IMG/VR virus record: IMGVR_UViG_3300008117_000138
Coordinates: 1 to 37,822 of that record
Strand: one strand, 5' to 3'
Source: a virus
Lineage: Duplodnaviria; Caudoviricetes
DNA: 37,822 nucleotides
The notes beneath the pieces were generated by a model. It was not told the origin of the DNA and did not search any database. It saw only the letters and a list, made by a program, of their open reading frames with translations. The position numbers and the translations under genes were made by a program. Every line of letters starts with the position of its first letter. Within the stretch, counting starts at the first letter, position 1. Below, piece after piece: positions 35,780-37,822 of this stretch.

Positions 35780-37308
35780 ACAACCTGATAGCTTTTGCTA
35801 GTATGGCTGAAAACTATGAGGTAATGAGCAATATTGAATCTGATCTGCAGGCTATTGCTAAAGTAATGGATGACCGTGTTTACTATGAAGTAGATTCATT
35901 AGGTAACAAACTGATACGTAAAGGATCTAAGTTGACTAAAGACGATGAAGGCAAGCCTGTTATTAAAAGACCTGAAGATGTATTGGCAACTAAACGTCTT
36001 AGAAAGTGGTTTCAAATGGTTTATTATAATAATCAGGAGTTTAACCGTTCTACCATAGCCATGGTAGCTAAGCGTATTCAGAATTTGACTTCACTTAAAG
36101 GTGTCGGCTTTAACGTATTTGGAAATATTAACAACTACATAATGGCTCGTATCAATACATCTATTGAAACAGCCGGTGCGTTATATTACGACAGGTCTGC
36201 TGCAAATAGAGCTGTGCGGGAATACAATACAGATTATCTTCCTGGTGTATTTAGAGGGCTTGGTAAAAGTAGTGACTCATACTACATGAACAAGAAACCT
36301 AACAGTAAGTATGAAGCTCTTGTTGAGCACTTTCGTATGGTTAGAAAGTATCAAGCTGACGCAGGTAAGGTTGATGTAATGAGCTGGGCGTACTTGTTGC
36401 AAGAAGGAGGTGAATACAATGCACAGTCAAAGTCTGGTATAGCTATTTTGATGAGCAGACAGATTACTAATTCTAAGACAGGTGAGTCAATGTCTGTCTA
36501 TGATGCTTTTGAGTTTAATCCAAACACTGGTGAGCTGTCTTTAAAAGACGGATTTGAGATGTCAGATAAAGAGAGATACGATCTTAATAACTACATCCTT
36601 GAAGTGAATAAGCAAATACATGGTAACTATGCCTTTGAAGACAGGATGGTTATTCAAGAGACATGGCTAGGGCAGCTTGCTGCACAGTTTCATAAGTGGA
36701 TATATCCAGCTTATAAAGTAAGATTTAAAAAACGTTACGCAGATGAAAACCTAGGTGACGTAGAAGGTCGTTATGTAACTATTCTTAATCTTTTAAAATA
36801 TATCAAAGAGTCCGAAGGATCATTTTTAGAAAAGCTTAGAAGCGGATGGGAAGGTCTTGATGAGATACAGGTTAAGAATATGTATAAGAATCTTGCCGAG
36901 CTTGCTTTCTTTGCAGCTAGTTTTGCTATGTACGGGGTATTCAGAGCTCTTGCTGAAGGAGTAGATGATGATGATAGAACAATGAGACGCTGGTTAAACT
37001 TTATGGCTTATCAGCAAAGCCGGCAGATGATGGAGATATCTACAATGATGCCTGTTGTTGGATTTGAAGAACAGTATCAGATTGCTAAGTCACCAATAGC
37101 TATTTTAACAACTCTCAAAGATTTTGGAGAGGCTGTTAAAACTACTATGCTTATACCTTTTCCTCCATATGATAAAAACTATTATGAGCGTGGAGTTCAT
37201 GAAGGTGATTTAAAAGCTTGGAAAGAATGGAAAGATGTTATTCCTGCACTAAACGTGTTTAACAAATGGGAGGCATACGATCAGGTAAAAACTTTCTACA
37301 TAAAATAA
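35767..37308 (+). CDS. C-terminal part of the same giant virion protein (membrane-associated domain), separated by a frame disruption
   Basis: The frame is open from 35767 (GDLVNNLIAFAS) before the Met at 35803 and overlaps the last codons of the previous ORF in the -1 frame. It contains IHGNY...QFHKW...EGRY and hydrophobic LAELAFFAASFAMYGVFRALA (about 36892-36957). Confidence 0.7.
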   Translation, partial: GDLVNNLIAFASMAENYEVMSNIESDLQAIAKVMDDRVYYEVDSLGNKLIRKGSKLTKDDEGKPVIKRPEDVLATKRLRKWFQMVYYNNQEFNRSTIAMVAKRIQNLTSLKGVGFNVFGNINNYIMARINTSIETAGALYYDRSAANRAVREYNTDYLPGVFRGLGKSSDSYYMNKKPNSKYEALVEHFRMVRKYQADAGKVDVMSWAYLLQEGGEYNAQSKSGIAILMSRQITNSKTGESMSVYDAFEFNPNTGELSLKDGFEMSDKERYDLNNYILEVNKQIHGNYAFEDRMVIQETWLGQLAAQFHKWIYPAYKVRFKKRYADENLGDVEGRYVTILNLLKYIKESEGSFLEKLRSGWEGLDEIQVKNMYKNLAELAFFAASFAMYGVFRALAEGVDDDDRTMRRWLNFMAYQQSRQMMEISTMMPVVGFEEQYQIAKSPIAILTTLKDFGEAVKTTMLIPFPPYDKNYYERGVHEGDLKAWKEWKDVIPALNVFNKWEAYDQVKTFYIK

Positions 37309-37331
37309 GGAGGGACTCATAGCCCCTCCTT
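37307..37331. terminator. Probable bidirectional intrinsic terminator between convergent genes
   Basis: AAGGAGGG (37307-37314) pairs with CCCTCCTT (37324-37331). T-rich flanks on both strands, stronger on the - strand (TTATTTTAT). Confidence 0.7.
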
Positions 37332-37487
37332 GTTATACTTTACAAATCTCAAAAAGATAAAGATAACACCGAAGGATATTTCTGTAAAATACATCTTTTC
37401 TCCTTCTACTAGTTCAGATCCTTTTTGAAAAAAGATACCAAGCAGTGATCTGTAAGGACTGATTAGTTCTATACTAACGTTTATCAT
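37317..37487 (-). CDS. Small hypothetical protein (56 aa), hydrophobic C-terminal half
   Basis: MINVSIELISPYRSLLGIFFQKGSELVEGEKMYFTEISFGVIFIFLRFVKYNKEGL*. The ATG lies 3 nt after the stop of the upstream - strand gene. Below the ORF-track cut-off. Confidence 0.6.
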   Translation of the reverse strand: MINVSIELISPYRSLLGIFFQKGSELVEGEKMYFTEISFGVIFIFLRFVKYNKEGL

Positions 37488-37490
37488 GTT

Positions 37491-37822
37491 TTAATTTTTT
37501 ACAGTTACTTCAAAGGGATGTTTGCCAATGTAGCAATCTTCAGGCCATCCCATATGTCTTTTAAAGCCGTTTATGAGGCTTTGAATATTTGATGCTCCTA
37601 CTGGGTTGTGACTATGAACTGATACAGCTTTAAGCTGCAGGTTCTTTTCCTGGCAGAGGTCTACCAGCCATCGGGCACAGTCTAGCCCGGTATACTCTTT
37701 ATAAGACGCATAGTCTGGCTGCTGCCATCCTATCTCTAGCTTCTGTTTAAAGTAGTCTTCTATGTGCTCTTCTGCTAAGTCATGGTCAAAACTGATTAAA
37801 TCAGGAATGCCAAACTCAGAAA
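37491..37822 (-). CDS. Partial cyclic-phosphate-processing receiver-like (cREC) domain protein
   Basis: SEFGIPDLISFDHDLAEEH...TGLDCARWLVD...VSVHSHNPVGASNIQSLING...KN*. It has the ISFDHDL, TGxDCAxWL and VHSxNPVG motifs. The 5' end lies outside the window. Confidence 0.8.
   Translation of the reverse strand, partial: SEFGIPDLISFDHDLAEEHIEDYFKQKLEIGWQQPDYASYKEYTGLDCARWLVDLCQEKNLQLKAVSVHSHNPVGASNIQSLINGFKRHMGWPEDCYIGKHPFEVTVKN

Noticed and set aside
179-37308. Stop-codon reassignment (TAG or TGA), known in some crAss-like phages
   Set aside because: Multi-kilobase ORFs are fully open in the standard code. All large ORFs end in TAA, but nothing requires recoding.
1-37822. Apparent scarcity of some CG-containing palindromes such as TCGA and GCGC (restriction avoidance)
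   Set aside because: Impression only. It needs observed/expected k-mer counts, which I cannot run.

Overview
AT-rich tailed-phage DNA, best matching a Crassvirales-like (crAss-like) podovirus. The host is probably Bacteroidota, since no Shine-Dalgarno sequences precede the starts. The window holds the virion tail/cargo module on the + strand: a partial small HExxH zincin, a 1563-aa tail stabilisation/muzzle-like protein, four mosaic cargo proteins, a 1034-aa helical ejection protein, a 4742-aa fusion of an ejection domain, a zincin and a virion RNA polymerase (RIPSQ...GADFDIDK), and a PD-(D/E)xK nuclease-bearing giant gene broken at about 35770. The cargo proteins carry an R-STS-ExE ADP-ribosyltransferase, two M15 Zn-peptidases, a lysozyme-like domain and many small modules. 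A hairpin then separates this operon from two convergent - strand genes. Three patterns stand out. (1) About 20 Phi-x-x-G-G motifs punctuate the four cargo proteins at module boundaries, like a polyprotein. (2) Three consecutive gene junctions carry complementary half-domains (end of gene n plus start of gene n+1). (3) Roughly 7,200 residues of ejected proteins contain only two cysteines, which face each other across the RNAP/nuclease gene junction. Together these suggest a head-to-tail daisy-chained, possibly processed, ejection cargo. Family names come from motif recognition by eye, not from database searches.
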